Of a DNA stretch of 34,237 nucleotides, positions 1 through 12,671 are shown piece after piece. The DNA is from Tubiluchus corallicola (taxonomy: Eukaryota > Animalia > Priapulida), in assembly GCA_030141605.1 (NCBI GenBank), contig JAQGDQ010001572.1, positions 1 to 34,237 on the forward strand. The letters run 5' to 3'. Position numbers and translations under genes: made by a program. How positions within the stretch are numbered: position 1 is the first letter of the stretch; every line of letters starts with the position of its first letter. The notes below the pieces were generated by a model that was not told the origin of the DNA, did no database searches, and saw only the letters and a list, made by a program, of their open reading frames with translations.

Positions 1-955
1 ACAAATAACCAAGAGGTCTTTGTCTACTAAATAAAACCAAACAGAACAAAGTGATATGAAATACAACAGGACAGAAGAAAACGATATTAAATAGAACAGT
101 GTGGAACATCATTATATGACATGGAACAGGGTGGGACAAACACAAATAACCAAGAGGTCTTTGTCTACTAAATAAAACCAAACAGAACAAAGTGATATGA
201 AATACAACAGGACAGAACAAAACGATATTAAATAGAACAGTGTGGAACATCATTATATGACATGGAACAGGGTGGGACAAACACAAATAACCAAGAGGTC
301 TTTGTCTACTAAATAAAACCAAACAGAACAAAGTGATATGAAATACAACAGGACAGAACAAAACGATATTAAATAGAACAGTGTGGAACATCATTATATG
401 ACATGGAACAGGGTGGAACAAACACAAATAACCAAGAGGTCTTTGTCTACTAAATAAAACCCAACAGAACAAAGTGATATGAAATACAACAGGACAGAAG
501 AAAACGATATTAAATAGAACAGTGTGGAACATCATTATATGACATGGAACAGGGTGGGACAAACACAAATAACCAAGAGGTCTTTGTCTACTAAATAAAA
601 CCCAACAGAACAAAGTGATATGAAATACAACAGGACAGAAGAAAACGATATTAAATAGAACAGTGTGGAACATCATTATATGACATGGAACAGGGTGGAA
701 CAAACACAAATAACCAAGAGGTCTTTGTCTACTAAATAAAACCAAACAGAACAAAGTGATATGAAATACAACAGGACAGAAGAAAACGATGTTAAATAGA
801 ACAGTGTGGAACATCATTATATGACATGGAACAGGGTGGAACAAACACAAATAACCAAGAGGCCTTTGTCTACTAAATAAAACCAAACAGAACAAAGTGA
901 TATGAAATACAACAGGACAGAAGAAAACGATATTAAATAGAACAGTGTGGAACAA
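1..955. repeat. 141-bp tandem repeat, ~6.8 copies, truncated by window edge
   Basis: acaaataaccaagagg recurs at 1, 142, 283, etc. Confidence 0.95.
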
Positions 956-1392
956 AATGATACTTAATAAGGACATTGTGAAACAAAATGATATGAAATG
1001 GAAGGTCGAACAAAATGATATTGAATAGCGACAAGGTGGAACATCATTATATGAAATGGAACAGGGTGGAACAAAATGACATTGAATAGGACGGGCTGAA
1101 ACAAAATGATATGAAATTGAACAAGGAGGAACAAAATGATGTGAAATGGAACAAGGTAGAACAAAATTATATGAAATGGAACAGAATGGAACAAAATGAC
1201 ATTGAATAGGACCGGGTGGAACAATATTATATGAAATGGAACATGGTGGAAAAAATAATGTGAAATGGAACAACGTGTAACAAAATGATATAAAATGGAA
1301 CAAGTGGGAACAAAATGATATGAAGTGGAACAGGGCGGAACAAAATGATATAAAATTGAACAGCGTGGAAGAAAATGATATGAAATGAAACA
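950..1392. repeat. 30-bp degenerate minisatellite (gaacaaaatgatatgaaatggaacagggtg)
   Basis: 30-bp period is visible in successive lines. Confidence 0.9.
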
Positions 1393-1579
1393 CAGCACAT
1401 TGTGCAGTACTGTAGAAAAACGTGCAAATATGGCTGAAATAAAAAACTTGGCATTTATTTTTATGTCAAACTACAAATTCTAGAACTTAAGCCACGTCAA
1501 ACATCAGCAAAATTTAATCATGTATTTATAATTTCACATCGTTATTCATTATCACGTCTGAAAAGCAAATTATTACGGC

Positions 1580-1848
1580 AGAAATAGAACAGAACAGAAC
1601 AAAACAGAACACAAACGAGCAGAAGAGAACAGAGCAAGACAGACGAAAAGACAAACAACGCCAAAAATAAATGAAGAAACAAAAACAGAACAAAACACAA
1701 GAGCAGAGCAGAACAGAACATTGTAGAACATAGCGTAACAGAACACAGCAGAAACAGAACAGACCAGCAGGGCAGAGCAGAACAGAGCAGAAAAAGCACA
1801 ACAGAACAGAACAAGAGCAGAACAGAACAACACAGAATAGAGAGAACG
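1580..1848. repeat. Degenerate (AGAAC)n microsatellite
   Basis: Runs of agaac/agagc; source of the Cys/Phe-rich spurious ORFs. Confidence 0.85.
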
Positions 1849-1850
1849 AC

Positions 1851-2147
1851 CAGGGGCGTAGCCAGGTTCTAAAGTTAGGGGGAGCAACCACACAAAAAAG
1901 ACGCCATGTCATATAAATCAATAATACGTTTGGTTATGCCACAGCAGACAGTAACAGCCTGAGGCATGAATATATTTTAATAACTAGATTTGTGGATCCT
2001 TGGTTCAATCAGTCAACTTTGACAACTGAGTTGCATAAATTCACGTTGTTAAGTCGTTGAAGCAACTTGTTGAAAAAGCGGCAATCTTGAAAACTGTCCT
2101 CCGGGAAGAAGGTTAGTCCTCTTGCTATCCTATTAGCTACGCCACTA
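1851..2147. mobile_element. MITE with 12-bp imperfect TIRs (hAT-like termini)
   Basis: caggggcgtagc (1851-1862) and gctacgccacta (2136-2147); no TSD seen. Confidence 0.55.
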
Positions 2148-2504
2148 AACACAATACAGCCTGGACAAACTAATGTGCTTAAAATATTTTGACTGGTGTT
2201 AATGAATCACTAGAAACTTAGTTCAAAAGACATTACGATGTAAGAGTAGCAAGCATTCTTTACCTACTAATAATATACATATTGATTACCTGAGGTCCTA
2301 TTCACTGTCAGTCAAATCTGCGCATGCGTATGATTAGACGGTCTCTAGATACATTTGAAAGAACCACAGGTCTATCCTATTCTGGCTATTGGAGTAAAAA
2401 TCTACAGGCAAACCTGTAATTAATACTGATGTAATTATACTGCATTCAGTTATATAGATTTAACAAGCAAGTAGGTATAGGAGTGATCAAAACTAGGTTA
2501 CATA

Positions 2505-2725
2505 AAGTGGCATGCAGTATGCGGATGCGTTTTGTTGTGCGGAATAGACAAAATCGGTTTATATTGTTTTCGATGCACCTGTTTATGCAGCCTGCGCATG
2601 CGTTAGTGTTTTTCTGCAGTTATTCTTTTTGTCTTTCTGAAAAATCAGTTTTTATTGATTCTCTTCCGCGGGTTTATCCGTATTAGAAAATGCATCCGCA
2701 TCCGCATTAACATAAACGCCACTTA
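2505..2725. mobile_element. Foldback/MITE-like element
   Basis: aagtggc...atgcggatgcgtttt at the left end and aaaatgcatccgcat...gccactt at the right end. Confidence 0.5.
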
Positions 2726-2824
2726 ACTATGATGAAATGTAACGAATGTATATGTCTTCAAGGAATTCTACTTGACCACCATGCTGGATGTATTTCTGGT
2801 TTGTAATTGCGGTTGCGATACTCG

Positions 2825-2826
<2 letters not shown>

Positions 2827-2908
<82 letters not shown>

Positions 2909-2927
2909 TTTCTCTCTCTCTCTCTCT
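2827..2927. repeat. (CT)n microsatellite
   Basis: Read directly from sequence. Confidence 0.97.
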
Positions 2928-3000
2928 AAGCAAATTTAGGAAAACCAGGCCTAAAACCAACCGAAGCAGCACCTTATTCGTTTGAATCAAAAAAAGCATA

Positions 3001-3665
<665 letters not shown>

Positions 3666-3789
3666 TCAACCGCGACATAATGGTCAATAAACTATTATGT
3701 AGTTTAGTAACTCTATTTCCGTTGTAATTATCGTAATTATATTTGAACAGGAACTTGGGGGTACAGACTTTCAATAATGCTACAAATAA

Positions 3790-3961
3790 TACTAATACTA
3801 TGATGGCAACGTTTCAGCACTTATCGCACAGTGCACAGGTATATGCAGTCATACTGCAACTAAATAACTGCACTAGTACATTCAATTGCAGTATCACTGC
3901 ATATAAAACTATGCAATGAGCAATTAATGCTGAAACTTTACCATCTTACTCTTCGTAGTAT
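3790..3961. mobile_element. ~170-bp imperfect hairpin (foldback MITE-like)
   Basis: gatggcaacgtttcagca / tgctgaaactttaccatc and tatatgcagtcatactgcaa / ttgcagtatcactgcatata; centre ~3874. Confidence 0.7.
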
Positions 3962-4177
3962 TTTTAAAGCATAACTGTATTTGATAATTCCTAGTTATAA
4001 TCAATCAATCAATCAATCTATTTATTTCACTCCAGCAATACATATACAATGCATCAACATACAATGTTATTGAAAAAAAGAAACAGTATAGGTAAAAAAA
4101 CGTTGATGAAGTCAAATTAACCAAATAAAAGAGTTGCTGTATGACACCTTGAAAGCTTGGCTTGTTAAGGTGGCAGA

Positions 4178-4635
4178 AATGAGTGAATGAAAGAATGGTT
4201 AGGGTTAGTAGACATGATGGAATGGAAAAATAGTAAGATTAGGGATAGGAAGAAGGAAGAGAGGAGAGGATGAGTGAATGGAAGAATGGTTAGGGCTAGT
4301 AGACATGATGGAATGGAAAAAATAGTAAGACTAGGGATAGGAAGAAGGAAAGGAGGAGAGGATGAGTGAATGAACGAATGGTTAGGGTTAGTAGACATGA
4401 TGGAATGGAAAAAATAGTAAGACTAGGGATAGGAAGAAGGAAAGGAGGAGAGGATGAGTGAATGAACGAATGGTTAGGGTTAGTAGACATGATGGAATGG
4501 AAAAAATAGTAAGATTAGGGATAGGAAGAAGGAAAGGAGGGGAGGATGAGTTAATGAAAGAATGGTTAGGGTTAGTAGACATGATGGAATGGAAAAAATA
4601 GTAAGATTAGGGATAGGAAGAAGGAAAAGAGGAGA
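4178..4635. repeat. 92-bp purine-rich tandem repeat, ~5 copies
   Basis: gaatggttagggttagtagacatgatgg recurs every ~92 bp. Confidence 0.92.
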
Positions 4636-5436
4636 AGAAACGATAATGCATAATAGTTGTAAGGCGATAATGCACATGATAACGTAAAATTATATTCTTG
4701 TGTAATATATACATTTATGTACTTATTTTTATATATTTACGTAATTTATATTTAAGAAAAGTAGATAATAAATTGCAATTACAAATTACAAGGTCAAGAT
4801 TTCGATTTACTTTAGTGATTCCATTTTACACAGAACAAAAGTAGCGAACAAAATTACATCTACAAAGTTTTTTTAGATGAATTAACAGGTACAGCCTGTA
4901 AACTAACCTTGTTTAATGAATAATATGTTCTCACAGAAATATCAGTGCCACGCGTTGTAGACAGCCAGCCACCTCAGGTTACGTAAAGTCATAAACTAGG
5001 AAATACAGCACGTTGACTTTTTCTTACTTTTTCACTATAAAATTGTCTCTAAAACCACTTTAGAAGACACATACTTATACTCTGACGACGCTCAAATCTA
5101 TCAGCTCACTTTCCATATTGAAAGAATGGGCAGCTGAGCTCATTAATTCTCCCAAACTTAGGATAAAAGGCCGGTCGGACACGGAAGACAAACTCGCTTG
5201 GTTAATCACAGGTCCATACCCCCCGTGTGCAGTCAGCTGAAACATACTGTACAGCACGATTAGACCGCTGTATTATGTACGATAGGGGTGAGGCAGGTCA
5301 ATGTTCTACTTTTTGGCTCTGAACGCATAAACAATTGTTGAGTTTCAAACAGACACATTTCTGTTTCAATCCAAGTCTAGTACTGACTATGGTTAGCGGA
5401 AGGTAGCTAATTATAATGAAATTTAAAGGAAAGAAA

Positions 5437-6558
5437 GGGTCAATCAGTTGTTTAGTTTATTTTACTAATATAAATCAGAACAGGTCACTCAGTATGTTTG
5501 GTTTATTTTACTAATATAAATCAGAACAGGTCACTCAGTATGTTTGGTTTATTTTACTAATATAAATCAGAACAGGTCACTCGGTATGTTTGGTTTGTTT
5601 CACTAATATAAATCAGAACTGGTCACTCAATATGTTTGGTTTATTTTACTAATATAAATCAGAACGGGTCACTCAGTATGTTTGGTTTATTTTACTAATA
5701 TAAATCAGAACAGGTCACTCAGTATGATTGGTTTATTTTACTAATATAAATCAGAACAGGTCACTCAGTATGATTGGTTTATTTTACTAATATAAATCAG
5801 AACAGGTCACTCAGTATGTTTGGTTTATTTTACTAATATAAATCAGAACAGGTCAATCAGTATGTTTGGTTTATTTTACTAATATAAATCAGAACAGGTC
5901 ACTCAGTATGTTTGGTTTATTTTACTAATATAAATCAGAACAGGTCACTCAGCGTGTTTAGTTTATTTTACTAATATAAATCAGAACAGGTCACTCTGTA
6001 TGTTTAGTTTATTTTACTAATATAAATCAGAACAGGTCACTCAGTATGTTTAGTTTATTTTACTAATATAAATCAGAACAGGTCACTCAGTATGTTTAGT
6101 TTATTTTACTAATATAAATCAGAACAGGTCACTCAGTATGTTTAGTTTATTTTACTAATATAAATCAGAACAGGTCACTCGGTATGTTTAGTTTATTTTA
6201 CTAATATAAATCAGAACAGGTCACTCGGTATGTTTAGTTTATTTTACTAATATAAATCAGAACAGGTCACTCGGTATGTTTAGTTTATTTTACTAATATA
6301 AATCAGAACAGGTCACTCAGTATGTTTGGTTTATTTTACTAATATAAATCAGAACAGGTCACTCAGTATGTTTGGTTTATTTTACTAATATAAATCAGAA
6401 CAGGTCACTCAGTATGTTTGGTTTATTTTACTAATATAAATCAGAACAGGTCACTCGGTATGTTTAGTTTATTTTACTAATATAAATCAGAACAGGTCAC
6501 TCGGTATGTTTAGTTTATTTTACTAATATAAATCAGAACAGGTCACTCGGTATGTTTA
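5437..6558. repeat. 46-bp minisatellite, ~24 copies
   Basis: Unit tttattttactaatataaatcagaacaggtcactcagtatgtttgg. Confidence 0.97.
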
Positions 6559-6848
6559 TCTAAAACATAAATTTAAAATATACTACCTCTGATTAGAATA
6601 TTTCAGGTGTGATGATTGTCGTCATTCGCTTGAAAATTACGACGTAACTGGGAGACTTCGTGACTTTTCGTAAGCGCCTCGTGGCTTTCCGCAATCGCGC
6701 CTGCTTTAAGTATTCAAACTTCTGCAGCTCACTAATATTCACGCAGAAATGTTAACAAAATTAGCTACATAATTCTTCAGTAAAAACTTATTATACTTTT
6801 GATAAAGATTGGCAGCGCGCTTTTTTTCTTCAAGACGAATGATAATCG

Positions 6849-7148
6849 TTCTGTGAAACGTATTACAGCCAGCTCTGTTTCATGTGCAACTGACAGCAAC
6901 ATATCATGATATCATTCTGTGACGTGTAATGCAGCCAGCTCTGTTTCATGTGCAATTGACAGCAACATATCATGATATCATTCTGTGACGCGTATTACAG
7001 CCAGCTCTGTTTCATGTGCAACTGACAGCAACATATCATGATATCATTCTGTGAAACGTAATGCAGTCAGCTCTGTTTCATGTGCAATTGACAGCAACGT
7101 ATCATGATATCATTCTGTGACGTATATTACAGCCAGCGCTGTTTCATG
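6849..7148. repeat. 66-bp tandem repeat, ~4.5 copies
   Basis: Unit ttctgtgaaacgtattacagccagctctgtttcatgtgcaactgacagcaacatatcatgatatca. Confidence 0.92.
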
Positions 7149-7277
7149 TTGAGAAAATTTCACCACAATTTGCTGTGCTCTTCGACGGGAACGTCTATTT
7201 AATTTAACTCTAGATAAAAATACATGACGAGACGTATATAATGTTTAGCAAACAAAAATAGGCAACTACTAATTTAA

Positions 7278-7688
7278 GGGAAGACTGGACGATTGTTTAG
7301 ACTCAATCTCATTTTACTTAACTGCCCAAAATGTACATTTTCTTGCCTATAAAAGTTAGCAATTGTTTCATATACTTGAACAGTTAGCTTAGAAGGTTAA
7401 TTAACGCAACCGAACACAACTATTGCGTACGTCAGAAACAAACAACAGTTTGTGCAATGGTAGGCACGTTCCCTTGCGCGTCAAGCACGTTTGCATAAGT
7501 GTTACTGCTTAAACGCGTGATGTCACGAAAATAGGCTCTACGTCGTCAGAAACTAACACTGCAATTCATAGAGCATGCTACCGCCTTCTATTTGTCACGC
7601 GAATGTGACAAAAAGGCGCCGTTGCCAATCTTAGTAGATTCACTGAGCCGTAGCTTTGAAAGTTTAACGAAATTTGAATTTCCGAGGT
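7278..7688 (+). mobile_element. TTAA-flanked non-autonomous DNA transposon, 5' part (Kolobok-like)
   Basis: ttaa|gggaagactggacgattgt; the body is homologous to 27200-27590, and that copy ends acaatcgtccgattttccc|ttaa, the complementary TIR. Confidence 0.65.
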
Positions 7689-7689
7689 A

Positions 7690-7722
<33 letters not shown>

Positions 7723-7775
7723 TGTTATTATCATTATTATTATTATTGTTGTTGTTGTTATTGTTATTGTTATTA
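7689..7775. repeat. (ATT)n/(GTT)n microsatellite
   Basis: Read directly from sequence. Confidence 0.92.
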
Positions 7776-7979
7776 CTTAAAATGCCAAGTTACAATTAAT
7801 TGATCCAAATGGAATGCTCAAAAAGTGAACACTTGGTGGCAGCACCCCATGTCACTGTAAATTAGAAAAAAATTGTAAAAGGAAACAAAATGGCAGAGGA
7901 AAAAACTGAACAAAGAAAATAATGTAAAATAAGAAAACCTGCTATAACAGTTGCCAGTTTTTCGATACCGACTGATATT

Positions 7980-8145
7980 ATCAATCAATCAATCAATCAA
8001 TACTAATAGCTGATACTCATATATCACCAACTATCAATTAATCAATCAATCAATACTAATAGCTGATACTCATATTTCACCAACTATCAATTAATCAATC
8101 AATCAATACTAATAGCTGATACTCATATATCACCAACTATCAATC
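7980..8145. repeat. 53-bp tandem repeat x3 containing (ATCA)n
   Basis: tactaatagctgatactc at 8001, 8054 and 8107. Confidence 0.9.
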
Positions 8146-8542
8146 ACATGCAGTGACACCAGGAGATTATAAGGATTAGAGTTTCGTTCTCAGTGCATTT
8201 AAGAAGCATTAATCAAAGACAGGTAGCTGTAGATTTGCAGGTAAATAAACACCTGAGTAGATGTTTTATACACCTGGTGAAAGAACGTATCTGTGCACAT
8301 TAATCCCTGCATAAAGTGGTGAGAATGTCACCGTTGTAGCTCGTGAACTGACTGTAGTGTTCAAACATGTTATGGTTAGTGATGTGAAAGACTAACTCAC
8401 CAACGGCAAGTTAATGAAGGCAACAAGTTATTGAACACGGATACGGCAAACTCAGAGATAATTTTCAAATGTGCAGTGTCAATTTTTAACAAGAAATTCG
8501 ATGAAACAATGAAAGATATGGGTAACACACTTGACAGAAATA

Positions 8543-9751
8543 ATGACACAAAAAATGTTGAAGAAAATGATAAAAACGAAGAAAGTAACAACGGTAGTTT
8601 TAGTGATCGGCGTCGTTTTGTTCAGCGTTTCCATGGTGATTACTAGCTTATTTAATGCGCAAATCGGTGCAGCCAAGTTTGATAAAAAGCGTGATGCTCA
8701 TCCAGCCCTGGAAGAAGTGGACAAACAGACGATCGCAACTGACGATGACCGCAAAATCGCAGAAGATGATATCGTTGTGAAAGACTGGCATGGAAGTAGG
8801 AAAAGCAAAGATAAGAATGATGGATTAAAAACATACAATGCTGCAGTTCACAGAAGAGTGAAAGATAATTACAAATTGGATGGCAAAACAAGTGAAGACA
8901 GACAAAAAATAATGAACAATGATGTCGTCAATGAAGATAGCGAAGTGCTTATAAATGAACCAAAGAAATGTGCCAAGAAAAACGTGGATGTTCTTGTGGC
9001 CGTCACGTCTGCTCCAAACCATGAAGGTTTTAGGAATAGGCAAGCAGTGCGCCAGACTTGGGGAAGTCTAGGTGGAGGATCCACAGCTACTGTGTTCATT
9101 CTTGGCTGCACAAGTAACAGGACAGCTATGCATGAAGTCAAGGTTGAAAGTCACAAATTTCGCGATGTCATACTAGGTGACTTTGTCGACAGTTACGCAA
9201 ACTTGACAAGGAAGACGTTCTTCCTCCTGAACTGGGCAATCTCAGTTTGCAAAGAGGCACAATACGTCTTCAAAACGGATGACGATGTGTTCCTCAACGT
9301 GGAAGCCCTCGAATCCAGTTTACATGGCTTCCCAAAGCGGAAGCTCATTGTCGGTTTTCTGAACAATAACAGCCGGGTAGTCCACTCGCCAATGTCCAAA
9401 TGGAACGTGCCGAAGGAGATCTGGAACGCAGCCACTTTTCCACCGTATGCTGTCGGATTAGGATACGTCCTGTCCATGGATGTGGCGACGCTTTTGCACG
9501 AACAAGCGAGATACGAACCGTTCGCGGACGTGGAGGACGCCTTCATTACCGGAATTCTTCCGCATAAGTTAAACATAACGAGACGCCACAGTGGCAAGTT
9601 TGGGAACTATCTGACGCAAAGAAGGTTTCCGTGTGAACTGCACACGTACATCACAACTCATGTACAGAGTACAGAGAAACTCAGACAATACTGGAAGACG
9701 TATAAGCGCAGTACACCAGAAAACTGTAGAGACTTGGGCGATTACTTATAA
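8543..9751 (+). CDS. B3GALT: Beta-1,3-galactosyltransferase family (GT31) protein, single coding exon, ~402 aa
   Basis: N-terminal type II TM anchor; motifs RQAVRQTWG, DFVDSYANLTRKT, KTDDDVF (DxD), FPPYAVGLGYVLS, EDAFITG. First ATG is at 8543, with an upstream in-frame TGA at 8510. Confidence 0.92.
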   Translation: MTQKMLKKMIKTKKVTTVVLVIGVVLFSVSMVITSLFNAQIGAAKFDKKRDAHPALEEVDKQTIATDDDRKIAEDDIVVKDWHGSRKSKDKNDGLKTYNAAVHRRVKDNYKLDGKTSEDRQKIMNNDVVNEDSEVLINEPKKCAKKNVDVLVAVTSAPNHEGFRNRQAVRQTWGSLGGGSTATVFILGCTSNRTAMHEVKVESHKFRDVILGDFVDSYANLTRKTFFLLNWAISVCKEAQYVFKTDDDVFLNVEALESSLHGFPKRKLIVGFLNNNSRVVHSPMSKWNVPKEIWNAATFPPYAVGLGYVLSMDVATLLHEQARYEPFADVEDAFITGILPHKLNITRRHSGKFGNYLTQRRFPCELHTYITTHVQSTEKLRQYWKTYKRSTPENCRDLGDYL

Positions 9752-9763
9752 CGAAATTTGTAA

Positions 9764-10587
9764 CAGTGAGTTCAGACTAAAGAATTTTCTCACCAAGTAA
9801 TACTCAAACGTGTTCAGATTAGAGATCAAAACTTGCTGTGAGTTACTCTCTGACACTCACTTCTCCATTCATGGGGAGAATTTCGAGAGTAACTCGCAGT
9901 GACGTTTGCACTAGACAGCAAATCAACTCACAGCAACTGTCCGAGAGTTTGCCATAACTGTCGACAGTAACTCACAGAAGCAGTTCACACTAGACAGTAA
10001 ATCAACTCACAGCAACTGTCCGAGAGTTTGCATTAACTTGTCGACAGTAACTCACAGAAGCAGTTCACACTAGACAGTAAATCAACTCACAGCACTGTCC
10101 GAGAGTTTGCCATAACTTGCCGACAGTAACTCACAAAACCAGTTCACACTAGACAGTAAATTAACTCACAGCAACTGTCCGAGAGTTTGCCATAACTGTC
10201 GACAGTAACTCACAGAAGCAGTTCACACTAGACAGTAAATTAACTCACAGCACTGTCCGAGAGTTTGCCATAACTTGTCGACAGTAATTCACGAAACCAG
10301 TTCACACTAGACAGTAAATTAACTCACAGCAACTGTTCGAGAATTTGCCATAACTGTCTAGTGTGAACTGCTTCTGTGAGTTACTGTCGACAGTTATGGC
10401 AAACTCTCGGACAGTTGCTGTGAGTTGATTTGCTGTCTAGTGCAAACGTCACTGCGAGTTACTCTCGAAATTCTCCCCATGAATGGAGAAGTGAGTGTCA
10501 GAGAGTAACTCACAGCAAGTTTTGATCTCTAATCTGAACACGTTTGAGTATTACTTGGTGAGAAAATTCTTTAGTCTGAACTCACTG
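9764..10587. mobile_element. Satellite-bearing non-autonomous DNA transposon, rearranged to two left ends; 79-bp array at palindrome centre
   Basis: 9764-9900 is homologous to 27751-27920; gttcacactagacagt at 9983, 10063, 10142, 10221, 10300; orientation flips at 10353-10358. Confidence 0.8.
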
Positions 10588-10599
10588 TTACAAATTTCG

Positions 10600-11808
10600 T
10601 TATAAGTAATCGCCCAAGTCTCTACAGTTTTCTGGTGTACTGCGCTTATACGTCTTCCAGTATTGTCTGAGTTTCTCTGTACTCTGTACATGAGTTGTGA
10701 TGTACGTGTGCAGTTCACACGGAAACCTTCTTTGCGTCAGATAGTTCCCAAACTTGCCACTGTGGCGTCTCGTTATGTTTAACTTATGCGGAAGAATTCC
10801 GGTAATGAAGGCGTCCTCCACGTCCGCGAACGGTTCGTATCTCGCTTGTTCGTGCAAAAGCGTCGCCACATCCATGGACAGGACGTATCCTAATCCGACA
10901 GCATACGGTGGAAAAGTGGCTGCGTTCCAGATCTCCTTCGGCACGTTCCATTTGGACATTGGCGAGTGGACTACCCGGCTGTTATTGTTCAGAAAACCGA
11001 CAATGAGCTTCCGCTTTGGGAAGCCATGTAAACTGGATTCGAGGGCTTCCACGTTGAGGAACACATCGTCATCCGTTTTGAAGACGTATTGTGCCTCTTT
11101 GCAAACTGAGATTGCCCAGTTCAGGAGGAAGAACGTCTTCCTTGTCAAGTTTGCGTAACTGTCGACAAAGTCACCTAGTATGACATCGCGAAATTTGTGA
11201 CTTTCAACCTTGACTTCATGCATAGCTGTCCTGTTACTTGTGCAGCCAAGAATGAACACAGTAGCTGTGGATCCTCCACCTAGACTTCCCCAAGTCTGGC
11301 GCACTGCTTGCCTATTCCTAAAACCTTCATGGTTTGGAGCAGACGTGACGGCCACAAGAACATCCACGTTTTTCTTGGCACATTTCTTTGGTTCATTTAT
11401 AAGCACTTCGCTATCTTCATTGACGACATCATTGTTCATTATTTTTTGTCTGTCTTCACTTGTTTTGCCATCCAATTTGTAATTATCTTTCACTCTTCTG
11501 TGAACTGCAGCATTGTATGTTTTTAATCCATCATTCTTATCTTTGCTTTTCCTACTTCCATGCCAGTCTTTCACAACGATATCATCTTCTGCGATTTTGC
11601 GGTCATCGTCAGTTGCGATCGTCTGTTTGTCCACTTCTTCCAGGGCTGGATGAGCATCACGCTTTTTATCAAACTTGGCTGCACCGATTTGCGCATTAAA
11701 TAAGCTAGTAATCACCATGGAAACGCTGAACAAAACGACGCCGATCACTAAAACTACCGTTGTTACTTTCTTCGTTTTTATCATTTTCTTCAACATTTTT
11801 TGTGTCAT
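10600..11808 (-). CDS. B3GALT: Beta-1,3-galactosyltransferase family (GT31) protein, identical inverted copy
   Basis: Translation is identical to 8543-9751; all overlapping shadow ORFs are also identical. Confidence 0.9.
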   Translation of the reverse strand: MTQKMLKKMIKTKKVTTVVLVIGVVLFSVSMVITSLFNAQIGAAKFDKKRDAHPALEEVDKQTIATDDDRKIAEDDIVVKDWHGSRKSKDKNDGLKTYNAAVHRRVKDNYKLDGKTSEDRQKIMNNDVVNEDSEVLINEPKKCAKKNVDVLVAVTSAPNHEGFRNRQAVRQTWGSLGGGSTATVFILGCTSNRTAMHEVKVESHKFRDVILGDFVDSYANLTRKTFFLLNWAISVCKEAQYVFKTDDDVFLNVEALESSLHGFPKRKLIVGFLNNNSRVVHSPMSKWNVPKEIWNAATFPPYAVGLGYVLSMDVATLLHEQARYEPFADVEDAFITGILPHKLNITRRHSGKFGNYLTQRRFPCELHTYITTHVQSTEKLRQYWKTYKRSTPENCRDLGDYL

Positions 11809-12213
11809 TATTTCTGTCAAGTGTGTTACCCATATCTTTCATTGTTTCATCGAATTTCTTGTTAAAAATTGACACTGCACATTTGAAAATTATCTCTGAG
11901 TTTGCCGTATCCGTGTTCAATAACTTGTTGCCTTCATTAACTTGCCGTTGGTGAGTTAGTCTTTCACATCACTAATCATAAAATGTTCAGACATTGGAAC
12001 ACTACAGTCAGTTCACGAGCTACAACGGTGACATTCTCACCACTTTATGCAGGGATTAATGTGCACAGATACGTTCTTTCACCAGGTGTATAAAACATCT
12101 ACTCAGGTGTTTATTTACCTGCAAATCTACAGCTACCTGTCTTTGATTAATGCTTCTTAAATGCACTGAGAACGAAACTCTAATCCTTATAATCTCCTGG
12201 TGTCACTGCATGT

Positions 12214-12379
12214 GATTGATAGTTGGTGATATATGAGTATCAGCTATTAGTATTGATTGATTGATTAATTGATAGTTGGTGATATATGAGTATCAGCTAT
12301 TAGTATTGATTGATTGATTAATTGATAGTTGGTGATATATGAGTATCAGCTATTAGTATTGATTGATTGATTGATTGAT
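12214..12379. repeat. 53-bp tandem repeat x3 (mirror)
   Basis: Reverse complement of 7980-8145. Confidence 0.88.
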
Positions 12380-12583
12380 AATATCAGTCGGTATCGAAAA
12401 ACTGGCAACTGTTATAGCAGGTTTTCTTATTTTACATTATTTTCTTTCTTTCGCTTTTTTCTTCTGCCATTTTGTTTCCTTTTACAATTTTTTTCTAATT
12501 TACAGTGACATGGGGTGCTGCCACCAAGTGTTCACTTTTTGAGCATTCCATTTGGATCAATTAATTGTAACTTGGCATTTTAA

Positions 12584-12637
12584 GTAATAACAATAACAAT
12601 AACAACAACAACAATAATAATAATAATGATAATAACA

Positions 12638-12670
<33 letters not shown>

Positions 12671-12671
12671 T
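12584..12671. repeat. (AAT)n/(AAC)n microsatellite (mirror)
   Basis: Read directly from sequence. Confidence 0.9.

Noticed and set aside
4190-4580. GGTTAGGGTTAG telomere-like motif
   Set aside because: Only ~2 units within a 92-bp repeat; not an interstitial telomere array
5437-6558. CRISPR-like appearance of the 46-, 79- and 38-bp arrays
   Set aside because: No unique spacers and no cas genes; spliced eukaryotic context
5422-7205. Possible TTAA-flanked transposon containing the 46- and 66-bp arrays
   Set aside because: ttaaagga start is seen but no matching right terminus was found
8397-9597. Overlapping and antisense ORFs on B3GALT (and on GALNT exon 1)
   Set aside because: Shadows of real coding sequence with no recognisable motifs
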